Shown here: positions 38,450 to 48,927 of the stretch, piece by piece
Layout of the letters: each line of letters opens with the position of its first letter
How positions within the stretch are numbered: position 1 is the stretch's first letter
Origin: a virus
Lineage: Duplodnaviria; Caudoviricetes
Reading direction: 5' to 3' (one strand)
DNA length: 60,119 nucleotides
Virus record (IMG/VR): IMGVR_UViG_3300025132_000038
Location: 1 to 60,119 of that record
Notes under the pieces: generated by a model
Told to the model about the DNA's origin: nothing
Database searches by the model: none
The model's input: the letters and a program-made list of their open reading frames with translations, nothing else
Position numbers and translations under genes: made by a program

Positions 38450-38473
38450 GAGTGTCTCCTTAAAGAGACACTC
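38450..38473. promoter_or_regulatory. GAGTGTCTC-CTTAAA-GAGACACTC palindrome after the capsid gene (terminator or operator)
   Basis: 9-bp inverted repeat; same motif as 839, 927 and 58873. Confidence 0.6.
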
Positions 38474-38490
38474 CTATCATCACTCATCAA

Positions 38491-39945
38491 CTATGCGTTG
38501 AATATCACAAAGTTATTTGCACCTAAAGTACAAACACATCTTTCTGATAAGAAGTTCACTTGCATCTCATCAACTGATGAAGTTCGTGCACCTCCTGCTG
38601 AACCTGTTATCCATGTTTTATATCTTCGGTCTTCAGTTTGTGAAGCTCTATATCTAACATGTAAGAAAGGTCTTTTAGCGTTTTTACCAAGAATTTGGTC
38701 ATAAACAGTTGTAGAACCCGCAGGTACTAATAAACCATTTACAGAACCACTTCCTGCTACAGACGATAAACCTCCTCTCATTGTAGGGTCATTTAGGTAT
38801 TTCCAATCAGACTTGTAAAAGTCATATCCTCTACGGAATCCTGTGAATCCTAGATTTAATGCCATTTCTTCGTCATTATCGAATAAACCATAAGAAGTAC
38901 CTCCAGCACCGTAAGAATTTTGTGCTGCTAACATGTCATCAATATCGAAACCGAAATCTCTGTTAACAAATACAACATTCTCCTCGATAGAACCTTGCTT
39001 ATCTAATCTTGAGATAACAGTATCCCAATCAGCTAAAGCTACAGGGTTACCTCCTGCCCAAACGTTTCCTCTTGTATTAACTACATAGAAGATACCTTCA
39101 GAACCTTTGTTACCTACTTGTTCAAAACCTGCACCACCTGTCAAGCCGATTACACCTGAACCTACTTCAGCAGGAACAGCTTCAATCATTGCTGTTTCTA
39201 GGTAATCATCAAAACGTAATCTTGTTTCATGTTCTGATTTTAGATACCATAAGTATCCTGCAGCACCATCTTCAGTAGTAACTTCTACCCATCCGATTTG
39301 TGCCATATCTGAACCTGTAACAGTATACGTGTCTTTAATGATGATTGGTGAATTGTTAAAGAACTCATCGTTAGCTTCTAACGAACCTATCATTCCTGAA
39401 GTTCCTTTTCTAAATTCTGAACCATAAATAAACATTGTAAACGTATCTGCACCTGCTGCAGTCATACCTGCTGCTTCATAGAAGTAAGCAACGAATGTGT
39501 CTGCTGCACCTGCATTTAGAGTCACCTCAGTAATAATACCTTTATTAGATGAACCACCGTTATTATTTTGCATAAAAACAGTTTGACCAACTCTTAATGA
39601 TATATCTGCTGCTGCAGGACTCATAGTGTCATTTACAATAAATGTAGCATTATCTGCTGCTGCTAACGCACCACCACCATTAATAGCTACATTTGTATAC
39701 TTAGTGTGTAACCTTCCTTGTTCAGCCCAAGTAACTTGGTCAGACATTGAAGGCATTTCTGCTCCTACCATTCTTAAGAATGAAGAAACAGTTCTATTAC
39801 CATAACGCTCAAATTCCTTTTCGTAGGTATCAGGCAAATATTGCTGTAACCACGTGAAATCAGCGTTGGTAAGATAATTATAGGGTGCAGCAACTTGCTC
39901 TGAAGCAGGTTGTAACTGATACCCTGGACTTGCTAATAAACTCAT
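38491..39945 (-). CDS. Major capsid protein
   Basis: QQYLP..YE.E.ERYGNR, W.EQGRLH, GSEF.KG, YLWYLK, LGF.GFRRG, FLSER...LGANNF; follows portal and scaffold. Confidence 0.85.
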   Translation of the reverse strand: MSLLASPGYQLQPASEQVAAPYNYLTNADFTWLQQYLPDTYEKEFERYGNRTVSSFLRMVGAEMPSMSDQVTWAEQGRLHTKYTNVAINGGGALAAADNATFIVNDTMSPAAADISLRVGQTVFMQNNNGGSSNKGIITEVTLNAGAADTFVAYFYEAAGMTAAGADTFTMFIYGSEFRKGTSGMIGSLEANDEFFNNSPIIIKDTYTVTGSDMAQIGWVEVTTEDGAAGYLWYLKSEHETRLRFDDYLETAMIEAVPAEVGSGVIGLTGGAGFEQVGNKGSEGIFYVVNTRGNVWAGGNPVALADWDTVISRLDKQGSIEENVVFVNRDFGFDIDDMLAAQNSYGAGGTSYGLFDNDEEMALNLGFTGFRRGYDFYKSDWKYLNDPTMRGGLSSVAGSGSVNGLLVPAGSTTVYDQILGKNAKRPFLHVRYRASQTEDRRYKTWITGSAGGARTSSVDEMQVNFLSERCVCTLGANNFVIFNA

Positions 39946-39967
39946 AATCTAAATTTTTTAAATATTT

Positions 39968-41101
39968 TTAACTCTTTTTAAAACTCTTTATTCTTAAACC
40001 TCTACCACTATTTTGTGATAAAGATTTAATTTTCATCCCTCCTTTACTTGTTACTTCAGGTGTGTTTCGCGTAGTCATTTTAATATTTTTAGTCTTACGC
40101 ATCACGTCTTCAGCAGCAACCGATTTACCTTGCTCATAAAAGAACTCAGCAAACTTTTGAGGGTTCATGGCCGCAGATAATGCCATGTGGTAATTAGAAG
40201 CATTTTTAATCATCCCGTTTTCATCTAAATGTTTAGATAAAAAATTATTGGGTGTTAATTGTTGTTTCTTTACCTCATCTGCACTACCAGGCGAATAAAC
40301 TAGTTTTTGTTCCCCAATTTTGAACTCAAAACCTTTGAACTCAGGGTTAAAAACTTCATCCGTCTTTTTAATAAAAAACTCACGCTTTTTATTAGTGACT
40401 TCTTCAGCCGTCTTTGCATCTGCCATATATTGCTTATAGTTTTTTAAAATTTCTTTATCCTCATCAGAAACACCTTCTCCCCTTGACTCAAGTGGGCGGC
40501 TATAATCTTCTTTTTGAGAATTGAAGAATTTTTTTGCCTTAGCAATATTTTTTTTCTTCTCTAACTTTTTTCTCCTTATGACATCCGGTTCATCAACCTC
40601 TTTGTCATAAACAAAATCTTTCATCATATAACTTACATCTTCCTCATCCAACCCTTCTTCAGTAGCCATATAATACTGTTTAAGTAGAGTGTCTTCAGGG
40701 AGTTCGTCAAAGTTTTGGTTTAACTTAACGTAATCTTCAAAACCTCTCCCTGTATCTTTTTTATATTTTAAATAAGCTGAAACGTCTTCAGGTAAAGGGT
40801 CTTGTTCTTCCCTTTCCTGAAATAACTCATCAACTGATTTTATTTCTTTATTGTATCTTTCATTTATATGTGAAAGAATATCATTTTCAGTAAACTCCTT
40901 CTTAACTTCTTCCTGAACTTTCTGTGTAGCAGGAGTATCTTGTGCAGGAGTTGCGGGTGGTGTTACCACTTCTTCTTTTGCAACTGCTTCCTGTTGTTGT
41001 TTACTTTCGTGTTTTTCCAAAAGTTCTTTTTCAATTTCTTGATTAGATTTTGGTTCTGCGAGTTTCACCTCTCTTACTTTCATGTTTTTATTTAATTCCA
41101 T
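39968..41101 (-). CDS. Capsid scaffolding protein (putative)
   Basis: Acidic N-terminus, helical, FFYEQGK; between portal and capsid. Confidence 0.7.
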   Translation of the reverse strand: MELNKNMKVREVKLAEPKSNQEIEKELLEKHESKQQQEAVAKEEVVTPPATPAQDTPATQKVQEEVKKEFTENDILSHINERYNKEIKSVDELFQEREEQDPLPEDVSAYLKYKKDTGRGFEDYVKLNQNFDELPEDTLLKQYYMATEEGLDEEDVSYMMKDFVYDKEVDEPDVIRRKKLEKKKNIAKAKKFFNSQKEDYSRPLESRGEGVSDEDKEILKNYKQYMADAKTAEEVTNKKREFFIKKTDEVFNPEFKGFEFKIGEQKLVYSPGSADEVKKQQLTPNNFLSKHLDENGMIKNASNYHMALSAAMNPQKFAEFFYEQGKSVAAEDVMRKTKNIKMTTRNTPEVTSKGGMKIKSLSQNSGRGLRIKSFKKS

Positions 41102-41117
41102 TAGATATAATTTTATA

Positions 41118-41125
41118 CAAAGTTA
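41118..41125 (-). promoter_or_regulatory. Bacteroidota -7 element TAACTTTG
   Basis: Upstream of the scaffold/capsid operon. Confidence 0.55.
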
Positions 41126-41152
41126 ATAATTTTTTTAATAGTAATTTAGACA

Positions 41153-43597
41153 TTATCTAGGCCCAAATTGAGCTAGGTCAAAACCGTCTAAAGTATCTTC
41201 ATTTGATTCAAATTTTTGTGGGGGTAAATTGTTTTTCTTTTGATTTATTAATCTAGCTTGCTGATTATTTTGTTGAGTAATTCTATCAGATTTAGCTTTT
41301 TCTCTTTGAGTCTCTCTACTTTGTAAAGCGTTTTCACTTATGTTTCTTAATTGCATATTATAATCAAACTCCTCTCTCATTAATTGTGATTTCAATTTCG
41401 CTTCACCTTGCATTTTTTGTAACTCATACTGAATCTCTGCTTGCTTTAATTGCAATTTAGATTGTATATCTGCTTGTTGTTTTTGCATAGCTAGTTGAGC
41501 AGCCATTTCTTGAGACTTTAATTGTTGTTGAGCTTGCATAGCTTGTTTTTGCATTATCATTTTTTCCTCCCTATCTTGCTTTTGAACTCTTTTAACTTTT
41601 AAAAGTTGATTAGCTAGCTTCAAGTTTTTTATTTCTCTTATATCAATAGCATCTTCTAAATTAATATCTTGTTTAGATAAAGCCATTTGTATATTAGCCT
41701 CTAGTTGAGCTTTTTGTTCTTCATCTGGGGACAGCTCTATAAAAATACCAAAGTCGTATATATATAAATCTTTTATATCATTTAAAATAGAAACATTATA
41801 CTTTCCTATTTTATTAATAAAAGAATCTTTAAAATCGGAATACTCTAATATATCAGCAATTCTATAAGTCAACCCTTCCGCAAGCCTTCTATATAAAAAT
41901 AAACTACCATCTAAAATATGTCTAGTAGCCGTATTAGAATTAAGAGCAGCTAACTTTTGAACTCCCACTAAAGAATTAGGGTCAGGGGTTGAACCATCTC
42001 TAGCCTCATTAAGTCCTGTTACAGCCCTAATCATTCCTAAATAATGATTATAATTAGCAACTAACATTTGAACCTTTCCTGAACCTGAACTTGTACTTAA
42101 AGGTGTAATAGGCGTTTTCCCATGATTATAGTCACCATCTTGGGTAAAACTTCTCCCTATAACACTCCCTGTTTGGAAGTATAACCGCAAAGCATCTTCA
42201 GGGTTATACTCATTACCTGTTCCTAAATCAATCTCATTTAAGCCGTCTGCATCTATATAAACGCCATCAGGAACAGTTCGTGCGATAACTTGTTGTAATT
42301 TCAAGTGGGTCATTTGTATCAAATCAGCAAAAGGTATCATACGTCTAACTAAAGACTCAATTACACCTTTATACATTCTTGGTGCAACCGCTACGTAATT
42401 TGGTAAAGCGTGTTGATTAGCCGATTTAGGTCTAACCATATTGTGAGCTAATTCCCATTTTAATAAAATATTAGTTCCCATTACCATTACTCCATTATAC
42501 CACACATCTATTGTTTTTTCAACTTTCTCAAAATTACCTTCTTCCATCATTTCTGTTGGAGGATTGAATTGGTCATCCTTTTCAATCATTCTAGTATTCC
42601 CATTGTCGTATTTTTTTTTCTTATAAACTATTTTCTTAGTAGTTTTATAATTAAAATACATTACAGTAGCTGTGTCTTTATAAAAAATATCATTTTCATA
42701 AAACTGTGCAACGTTATAATAGTTATACCAACTCTGACTATATTGAGTAATTTCCTCTAAATCTTCATTAGTTAAACTTTGGTTTATTTTCAAAAGCTCA
42801 GTGATTGGTAAAGTTTTTATTTCCCCCCAATAAAAACAATCTTTAAAATGAGGGTCTTCAGTATAACTGTATACCACATTAGCAGGGTCAACATAACTTA
42901 TTTTAACTCCTGCTCCCTCTAAAAACTCATGTTTCGCAATAGCAATACCTATAGTAGTTAAATCATAATCATATCTTTTTCGTAAATCCTGATACTGATT
43001 TTCCGCAAACATAGTGTCAATAGCTTCTTCTTCTGCAATCTCAATAGCGGGTTTATATTTAAGTTGCATAAATAATTGTAATTCTTCATCTGTCTCAGGA
43101 AGTTCTTCAGGTTCTATACTAAATGGGTCAACCTTTCCTCTTTGTTTAATTTCTTCTAAAATTGGTTTGGCTGCCATTTGCCCTTCAATCATATTTTGAT
43201 ATTTACTTCTTTTTGATTGAGATATAGCATCTTGAGCATACGCCTTTACTTTAAATAACCTATCCGACATTCCATTAACAACTATATCTACAAACTTAGG
43301 TAAGATGGGCACAGGTGTCCAATCTAGGTTTAGGTGAGATAAGTCTCCATCTACTGCAAGCTCATTTTTATATTTAGCTATAGATTGTTCTCCTCTAGCA
43401 TATAATCTTAATCGGTGAAAATCTCTCCACTGACTATAATATCTACAATTAGTTGAGTCTTTACGAAACCATTCGTATTGAATAGCTTGACCTATTTGAA
43501 GTCCATACTCGTCCGTTGCTTTTTTTTCGTCTGAAACAAATTGTGTAGGGAAGGCCGCTTGCTTTATATTTATAGTTACAGGTTTGTTATTCTTCAT
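41153..43597 (-). CDS. Portal protein
   Basis: RLYARGEQ, LDW.PVPILPKFVDIVVNG, TGLNEARDG, Q-rich coiled C-terminus; follows terminase. Confidence 0.85.
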   Translation of the reverse strand: MKNNKPVTINIKQAAFPTQFVSDEKKATDEYGLQIGQAIQYEWFRKDSTNCRYYSQWRDFHRLRLYARGEQSIAKYKNELAVDGDLSHLNLDWTPVPILPKFVDIVVNGMSDRLFKVKAYAQDAISQSKRSKYQNMIEGQMAAKPILEEIKQRGKVDPFSIEPEELPETDEELQLFMQLKYKPAIEIAEEEAIDTMFAENQYQDLRKRYDYDLTTIGIAIAKHEFLEGAGVKISYVDPANVVYSYTEDPHFKDCFYWGEIKTLPITELLKINQSLTNEDLEEITQYSQSWYNYYNVAQFYENDIFYKDTATVMYFNYKTTKKIVYKKKKYDNGNTRMIEKDDQFNPPTEMMEEGNFEKVEKTIDVWYNGVMVMGTNILLKWELAHNMVRPKSANQHALPNYVAVAPRMYKGVIESLVRRMIPFADLIQMTHLKLQQVIARTVPDGVYIDADGLNEIDLGTGNEYNPEDALRLYFQTGSVIGRSFTQDGDYNHGKTPITPLSTSSGSGKVQMLVANYNHYLGMIRAVTGLNEARDGSTPDPNSLVGVQKLAALNSNTATRHILDGSLFLYRRLAEGLTYRIADILEYSDFKDSFINKIGKYNVSILNDIKDLYIYDFGIFIELSPDEEQKAQLEANIQMALSKQDINLEDAIDIREIKNLKLANQLLKVKRVQKQDREEKMIMQKQAMQAQQQLKSQEMAAQLAMQKQQADIQSKLQLKQAEIQYELQKMQGEAKLKSQLMREEFDYNMQLRNISENALQSRETQREKAKSDRITQQNNQQARLINQKKNNLPPQKFESNEDTLDGFDLAQFGPR

Positions 43598-45840
43598 TGC
43601 ATTATTTCACTTGTTAGTCCCTGGTTATTATACCTTGCAAAGTTAACACTTATTTTTGATTGTTTTTGATTTGGAGTATAAAGATGCTTTTGACTAGCCA
43701 TTATAGCAAGCCCTGAACTAATAGTAGCGTCATACGCAGTTCTATTGTTAATATCAAACTTAGCCCAATCTTCTAAAGTTTTACTAAAATACATACTTCC
43801 CATTATATCGCTATCTCTATAAGTTCCTTGTAAATCTAAACCCACATGTTTTTCTATATAAGATTCTACTGCAGCCGCATGAGCTTGTTTAACATCCTCG
43901 GAACTATTAGGAATACCTCCTAACTCTTTTTCTGTTTTAGAAAGTTTCAGGAGTTTTTTATCCGGCCTGTTTATAGAAAAAGCCCTATAACCTCTATTTT
44001 TTAAATGATAAAGTAATCTAGGTTTATTATTCTCCACTAAGATAGGCATACCATAAAACACACAAGCCATTAACACTTCCTCAAAAAATATTTCTGCAGT
44101 TTGTGGTCTTGCTATATATTCTAAAAAAAATTCATTACTCGGAACTTCATCCATGTTAAACTTAGTTAAACCATGTAAAGCGCCATTAGACCCTTTCCCA
44201 CCCACTGTTCCTGATATATCATAAGAGTCACAACCAAAACAACCCAAGTGTTCGTTTCCGGGATATTTGCCCCCTCTACTTTCTATTACGTTATTTTGTA
44301 GTTTTTTTGGAAGTAACCAACTAACTAAAAACCTACCCCTAGAATCCGGACTCCATATTACTTTACTATCTTTAACACCATTAGCCCAACTAAAACTTCC
44401 CCTAGTTAAATGTCGACCTTGAATTAATGAATCGTTATAATCTATTTGTTGGTAAATTTTTGTTAAATTAAATAAAGAAGATTTACTCTCATCTCTAAAA
44501 GCGTGTGACTCTGTTCTGGGAAATTGTCTATAAAACTCATTTAAGGCATCTGCATCCTGCTTTAAAGAATCTACTTCCGCCTTCCAATAATCTACTGCTC
44601 CTTTAGTAATGTACTCACCATCTACACCCATTAACTTCTCCTTAGGAGTATTAAAAACCGGCATACCATACCTATCTATAAAACCCTCCATGTTCCACTC
44701 CATCGGAATAAATAAAGAATACATGCCACTTTTTGTTTGACCATTTTCATTTCTAGTCATCACATTAGAGTCTTCAAATAATTTTTTAAAATTTCCACCC
44801 CCTTTCGCTAAAGCATTAGAAGTAGAACCCATTAAACATTTACCAATAATTCTACTCCCTAATCGTAAACAAGTTTTAGTTACCCTCCAATTATTTAATA
44901 TATTATTAGGTTTTATCCATTTACCACTTTCATCATGTACTAACAATAATAATTTTTCCCCATCATAAGAGTTGTCATCTGTATTTTTCCAATCTATCGT
45001 AGTATCTAATCCATATAACTCATCATTAGCAACGTCATACATGTTTTTTTTAGTAATTTTTGACGCAGGTATTCTAAAAGCTAACTCTGTCTTAGGTTTG
45101 TCCATTCCATCTTGTATGGGTTTAAAAAAGAAAGGAAGTCTACTTGATATGGGAACTACCTTGTCGGTAAACATTTTTTTTGCATCCGAACCTGTTTTAG
45201 ATAATATACCTACTCTTGAGTCTTTTGCTAATGTTCCTACATTTACACACTCCGAAGACCCCATATAAGAAAACCCTGAACGTCTTATTTTTAAATAAGT
45301 CATTCCAAAACTTCTTTTGTCAGCACGACAAGCTTCCCAAAATAAAAAAAATATTCTATTAGCCTCTCGGTAGTCAGGGTACCCCACATCAATATTAGTC
45401 CATTGTAAATACATATAGTGAGAACCTGTTATATAAGTAGGTTGACCTTTATTCATAAACCAATGTCCATCTTCTCTTTTATCAAACTCCTGCTCTATAT
45501 AATCTACCCAATGACTTTTAAATTCTTTGGGAGCATCATTCCATTGAAATATAGAGTTAATCTTAGACAAAGATTTAGGCAACTCTTTTCTTTCCCAATA
45601 CTGTTCTTTTTTATCCTCACTCCGCATGTAACATTCTTTGGGAGCTAGAGGTAATCCTATTATAAGGCCTGAAATATTTATTATTTCACCAATCCTTCCG
45701 GTTTTAGAAATGTTTACAAAATTATATTTTTCATTATATCCATACAACCATGTTCCTCCTCGATTTTTATTAGACAAAACTCGTTGAGGAATATAGTTAT
45801 CTAAAACCTTATATAAATTATTTTGAACGTCTTTCTGCAA
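43594..45840 (-). CDS. terL: Terminase large subunit
   Basis: KIRRSGFSY ATPase motif, VHDESGKW Walker B, GCDSYD nuclease, ENN, YDATISSG. Confidence 0.9.
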   Translation of the reverse strand: MQKDVQNNLYKVLDNYIPQRVLSNKNRGGTWLYGYNEKYNFVNISKTGRIGEIINISGLIIGLPLAPKECYMRSEDKKEQYWERKELPKSLSKINSIFQWNDAPKEFKSHWVDYIEQEFDKREDGHWFMNKGQPTYITGSHYMYLQWTNIDVGYPDYREANRIFFLFWEACRADKRSFGMTYLKIRRSGFSYMGSSECVNVGTLAKDSRVGILSKTGSDAKKMFTDKVVPISSRLPFFFKPIQDGMDKPKTELAFRIPASKITKKNMYDVANDELYGLDTTIDWKNTDDNSYDGEKLLLLVHDESGKWIKPNNILNNWRVTKTCLRLGSRIIGKCLMGSTSNALAKGGGNFKKLFEDSNVMTRNENGQTKSGMYSLFIPMEWNMEGFIDRYGMPVFNTPKEKLMGVDGEYITKGAVDYWKAEVDSLKQDADALNEFYRQFPRTESHAFRDESKSSLFNLTKIYQQIDYNDSLIQGRHLTRGSFSWANGVKDSKVIWSPDSRGRFLVSWLLPKKLQNNVIESRGGKYPGNEHLGCFGCDSYDISGTVGGKGSNGALHGLTKFNMDEVPSNEFFLEYIARPQTAEIFFEEVLMACVFYGMPILVENNKPRLLYHLKNRGYRAFSINRPDKKLLKLSKTEKELGGIPNSSEDVKQAHAAAVESYIEKHVGLDLQGTYRDSDIMGSMYFSKTLEDWAKFDINNRTAYDATISSGLAIMASQKHLYTPNQKQSKISVNFARYNNQGLTSEIMQ

Positions 45841-46096
45841 AACCTTGTTTAGTATCTATTTGTTTAACGTTATCTAACTCTCTTAAACTTTCTTCCTCGC
45901 CATCTATTCGGTTTAAAATTTCAAACGCATCAAAGATTGCAAGTTTTTTAGTAGCGGCCGCATTTTTTAATCTATCTGCTGCCAACTCGTCTTCGGGGTC
46001 AGGTTTAATTATTTCTTCTTTTGCAACTTTTATTAATTGCCTAACTGCTTTTCTTCCGGCTTCTATAATTTGTTTTTTTAATTCTTTTGAATCCAT
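45818..46096 (-). CDS. Putative terminase small subunit
   Basis: Helical 92 aa overlapping the terL start; ADRLKNAAATKKLAIFDAFEIL. Confidence 0.55.
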   Translation of the reverse strand: MDSKELKKQIIEAGRKAVRQLIKVAKEEIIKPDPEDELAADRLKNAAATKKLAIFDAFEILNRIDGEEESLRELDNVKQIDTKQGFAERRSK

Positions 46097-46114
46097 CTAT
46101 TTTTTCAATAAAAT

Positions 46115-46612
46115 TTATTTCTTATAATACACACCATCTCTACCCATTGATTTTAAAAACATTACCTGAACCAATCTTGACTCCTCTCCTTTACCAAAAT
46201 TATCATATAAAGTTCTAGAGTGTTTATGGTAAGAATCAAATGCTACCAACCTATTGTATTTCATTCGAACATCACAACTTTTCGTTTCATCTTCATTATA
46301 AAAAGTTGTACCTGCATTTTCAGGAAACGTTTTATTTAAGTATAACAAAATAGTTTTATCACCCATCATTTCATCCGAATGGATATAATTTGGTTCTTCT
46401 TGTTGAAAAGGGGATTGTCTCACAAAATTATATTTAACTTGGTAATCAGGAAATAACATTAAAACAATTTTCTCTAACTCATCATTGTTTCTCACCTGTA
46501 TTCCTTTAAACACATTATCACCATCTTCTACGTCTACAAAACCTCCTTTTAATATATTTTTTACATATTGAGAAGGTTTTTTTATTATATCATCTAAAAT
46601 AATTAGTTTCAT
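46115..46612 (-). CDS. 2OG-Fe(II) oxygenase
   Basis: IHSD, LLYLN, GT.FY, YNRLV.FD...HS, R..QV.F. Confidence 0.8.
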   Translation of the reverse strand: MKLIILDDIIKKPSQYVKNILKGGFVDVEDGDNVFKGIQVRNNDELEKIVLMLFPDYQVKYNFVRQSPFQQEEPNYIHSDEMMGDKTILLYLNKTFPENAGTTFYNEDETKSCDVRMKYNRLVAFDSYHKHSRTLYDNFGKGEESRLVQVMFLKSMGRDGVYYKK

Positions 46613-47172
46613 AATTTAATAGTTATTTGATGGTCAAACATTCTATACAACTTTTTATCCTCTACTCTAAACTCATATTCGCTATCAGGAACAAAAGAAA
46701 CTTTATCACCTGGGCGTAAACCTTGAGATTTTAAATACTTATTTACGTAAACCATTTCCCCCATTAAAGGTTCATTATTAGTGTTTTTAAAAATAACACT
46801 TTCTGTTTTAGGAATAGGTTTAACAAAACAATACCTACCGTAGGTTTTCCATTCATCATTTTGTTTGTATAAAAAAAACTGCTCCATATCAACTAAAAAA
46901 CAGTTATCTTTTAAAAAGCTTTTACCACTTTTCTGTCTACCTCTCATATCATAATAATACTTAAAAACGTTGTGGTGAACCAGTAGTATATCTCCCTTTT
47001 TAATATCTCCCTTATAATTTAACGGAACTTCAATTACTTCGGCTTCTCGATTAGAAAAACTAACATCCTCTTGTGAGGTGCTAATAATAATATCCTTACC
47101 TCCAATATTTTTAGAATTATTATACCTTCTGTTTTTTACAGGAGATACTATAAATTGTGTAGGGGACTTCAT
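46609..47172 (-). CDS. GroES-like fold protein (two GroES-like repeats)
   Basis: FIVSP...A.VI.VP...IKKGD.LLVHHNVF; second FVKP...G....GL.PGDKV.F. Confidence 0.55.
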   Translation of the reverse strand: MKSPTQFIVSPVKNRRYNNSKNIGGKDIIISTSQEDVSFSNREAEVIEVPLNYKGDIKKGDILLVHHNVFKYYYDMRGRQKSGKSFLKDNCFLVDMEQFFLYKQNDEWKTYGRYCFVKPIPKTESVIFKNTNNEPLMGEMVYVNKYLKSQGLRPGDKVSFVPDSEYEFRVEDKKLYRMFDHQITIKL

Positions 47173-47396
47173 TATATATTTATATTATATTCTAAAGCGA
47201 CAGGTACAGTGCTATTAAACTCCTTCCATTTTAAAATTACATCCCCCTCTCTAATATAAATCTTTATAGATTGAGATTCCTCATCTTGTTTAATAAGTTC
47301 TATAGTGTAATTTCCACCTAAGACAGATTGTCCCACTATGTAGTGCATAGCTCCCGACTTGTAATCAGGGCCTACAGATATTTTTCTGATTTTCAT
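47172..47396 (-). CDS. Conserved small hypothetical protein
   Basis: IRKISVG.DYK..AMHY.VGQ, WKEFN...EY. Confidence 0.7.
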   Translation of the reverse strand: MKIRKISVGPDYKSGAMHYIVGQSVLGGNYTIELIKQDEESQSIKIYIREGDVILKWKEFNSTVPVALEYNINI

Positions 47397-47407
47397 TTTA
47401 TTTTATT

Positions 47408-47686
47408 TTATACCCAAGCAGAAAGCTGCACCCTTCTCCATGAGTCAGGACCATAGCATACATATAAATAACCACTAGTTATCATAAAAGTTCCCATTAC
47501 TCCCGGAGAAGTAGGAGTAGCCGGAGCTAGAAGACCATTTGAACCATTAAAAAACAAATAAAGCGTTAACTCTGATATTTTTATATTTTTGGTTGCATTA
47601 GAATTAGTAGAATCACTAGTTAAAAATGTGTCTTGACTACTTATATCTGAATAACTAATTGTGGAGTATGTACTAATTTTTGCCAT
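47408..47686 (-). CDS. Short tail-fibre-like structural protein
   Basis: MAKISTY...D.FL.SD...TKN head motif; P.TPTSPG..G...YLYVC...W.R..L..W tip motif. Confidence 0.55.
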   Translation of the reverse strand: MAKISTYSTISYSDISSQDTFLTSDSTNSNATKNIKISELTLYLFFNGSNGLLAPATPTSPGVMGTFMITSGYLYVCYGPDSWRRVQLSAWV

Positions 47687-47703
47687 TTCTACTTATTTTT
47701 TAA

Positions 47704-48024
47704 TTATTTTGCTTTAAATTGCGCCTCTCTTTGTTTTTTTACTTCCTCTATATCTTTATCAGATAAGAAGTCATTCTTTTGTTTTTGAGTAATTTTTCCT
47801 GTTTCTAAACTAATAGAAGCGTCTTTACCATATTTAGTAATTAACACTCTTTCTTTATCTATTAACTTAGTTTTAATTATACCAAGTACTTTTTTTACTT
47901 GCTCTTGTTCTAACACGTTGTCTGCTAATTTTATTTTTGCAGAGTTCATATCTTGAATTACTTGCTTAATCTCATTTAACTCATCTGTAGTTAAATAATC
48001 TTCTACTTTTTCTTTTTTTGACAT
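47704..48024 (-). CDS. Coiled-coil protein (possible fibre chaperone)
   Basis: L..EL..I...KYG...ISL.TG.I. Confidence 0.55.
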   Translation of the reverse strand: MSKKEKVEDYLTTDELNEIKQVIQDMNSAKIKLADNVLEQEQVKKVLGIIKTKLIDKERVLITKYGKDASISLETGKITQKQKNDFLSDKDIEEVKKQREAQFKAK

Positions 48025-48048
48025 TTGATTAAATTTTTAATTATTACA

Positions 48049-48056
48049 CAAAGATA
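48049..48056 (-). promoter_or_regulatory. Bacteroidota -7 element TATCTTTG
   Basis: Intergenic, upstream of 48024. Confidence 0.55.
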
Positions 48057-48065
48057 AGTATTTTT

Positions 48066-48449
48066 TTACTTACCTTTTCCTTTTACCTTTTCGATGGACC
48101 TTCCTCCGAAGTAGCTCCCCACGATTGTTATCAAAACTAATTGTAATAAATCCGTCCATTTTTCTTCGACATGAAAGTCTAAGGTTCCTGCATCAATGAA
48201 AATTAACAACATAGTGCAGGCTAACATAAATATAAGAGTCATTGGCCTTACATTTTTACTTAACCAACTATCTGATTGCATGTCGGCGGTCCAACGAGCA
48301 GTTACATTTTTTTGCAAATCACTTTCAGAATCAAGAAGCATTTTCTTCATTTCATTCTTTAGCTTCATTTTTTCTTCTTTGGTTGTAACAACCTCATCTA
48401 TAATATTACCTGCATCACCAAGTATTTTACTTAACGCTTTTTTAATCAT
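48066..48449 (-). CDS. Holin (3TM/GTA-type holin-like)
   Basis: RW.ADM.SDSWLSKNVRP, two TM segments, YFGGRS.EK. Confidence 0.8.
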   Translation of the reverse strand: MIKKALSKILGDAGNIIDEVVTTKEEKMKLKNEMKKMLLDSESDLQKNVTARWTADMQSDSWLSKNVRPMTLIFMLACTMLLIFIDAGTLDFHVEEKWTDLLQLVLITIVGSYFGGRSIEKVKGKGK

Positions 48450-48925
48450 ACTTTTTTATATTTAGTTTTTCCACCTGAACCCTTATAAGCCTCTAACAAC
48501 TGACACCTATTACCCTTTGGGTTATAAGAAATGTGTATCCAAGCGTAATCAAATTCATTTATCATTTGGTCAAAAGGAATGTCATTCTCTAACACAAAAT
48601 CCCATATTATCTTATTATCTACTATTCCTTTATTGTTCCTGTATTTTAAATCAGCAGCTTGACCTTTACAATGCTGACTTGTAGGAACGTAAATACCATC
48701 TTTTATTTTATGTGCACCTCCTAGTGCTTTATTTAACTCCTCTGACCTAAATCCTGAGTTTACCCCTAACATCCCTATACCATCGCGTATGGGTTGTAAA
48801 GTGAACTCACACAATGCTTTCATCTGCTCTATATGATGAAACTCTGGGGAATTATCAATCCCATGTCTTTTTGCAACGTTACTTTTTAAAAACTCAGAGA
48901 GAGTAAAATTTTTTGATAACCTCAT
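48446..48925 (-). CDS. Endolysin, peptidase M15 family
   Basis: LSKNFTLSEF, SGFRS..LN, SQH..GQAAD, WIHISY. Confidence 0.9.
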   Translation of the reverse strand: MRLSKNFTLSEFLKSNVAKRHGIDNSPEFHHIEQMKALCEFTLQPIRDGIGMLGVNSGFRSEELNKALGGAHKIKDGIYVPTSQHCKGQAADLKYRNNKGIVDNKIIWDFVLENDIPFDQMINEFDYAWIHISYNPKGNRCQLLEAYKGSGGKTKYKKV

Positions 48926-48927
48926 TA

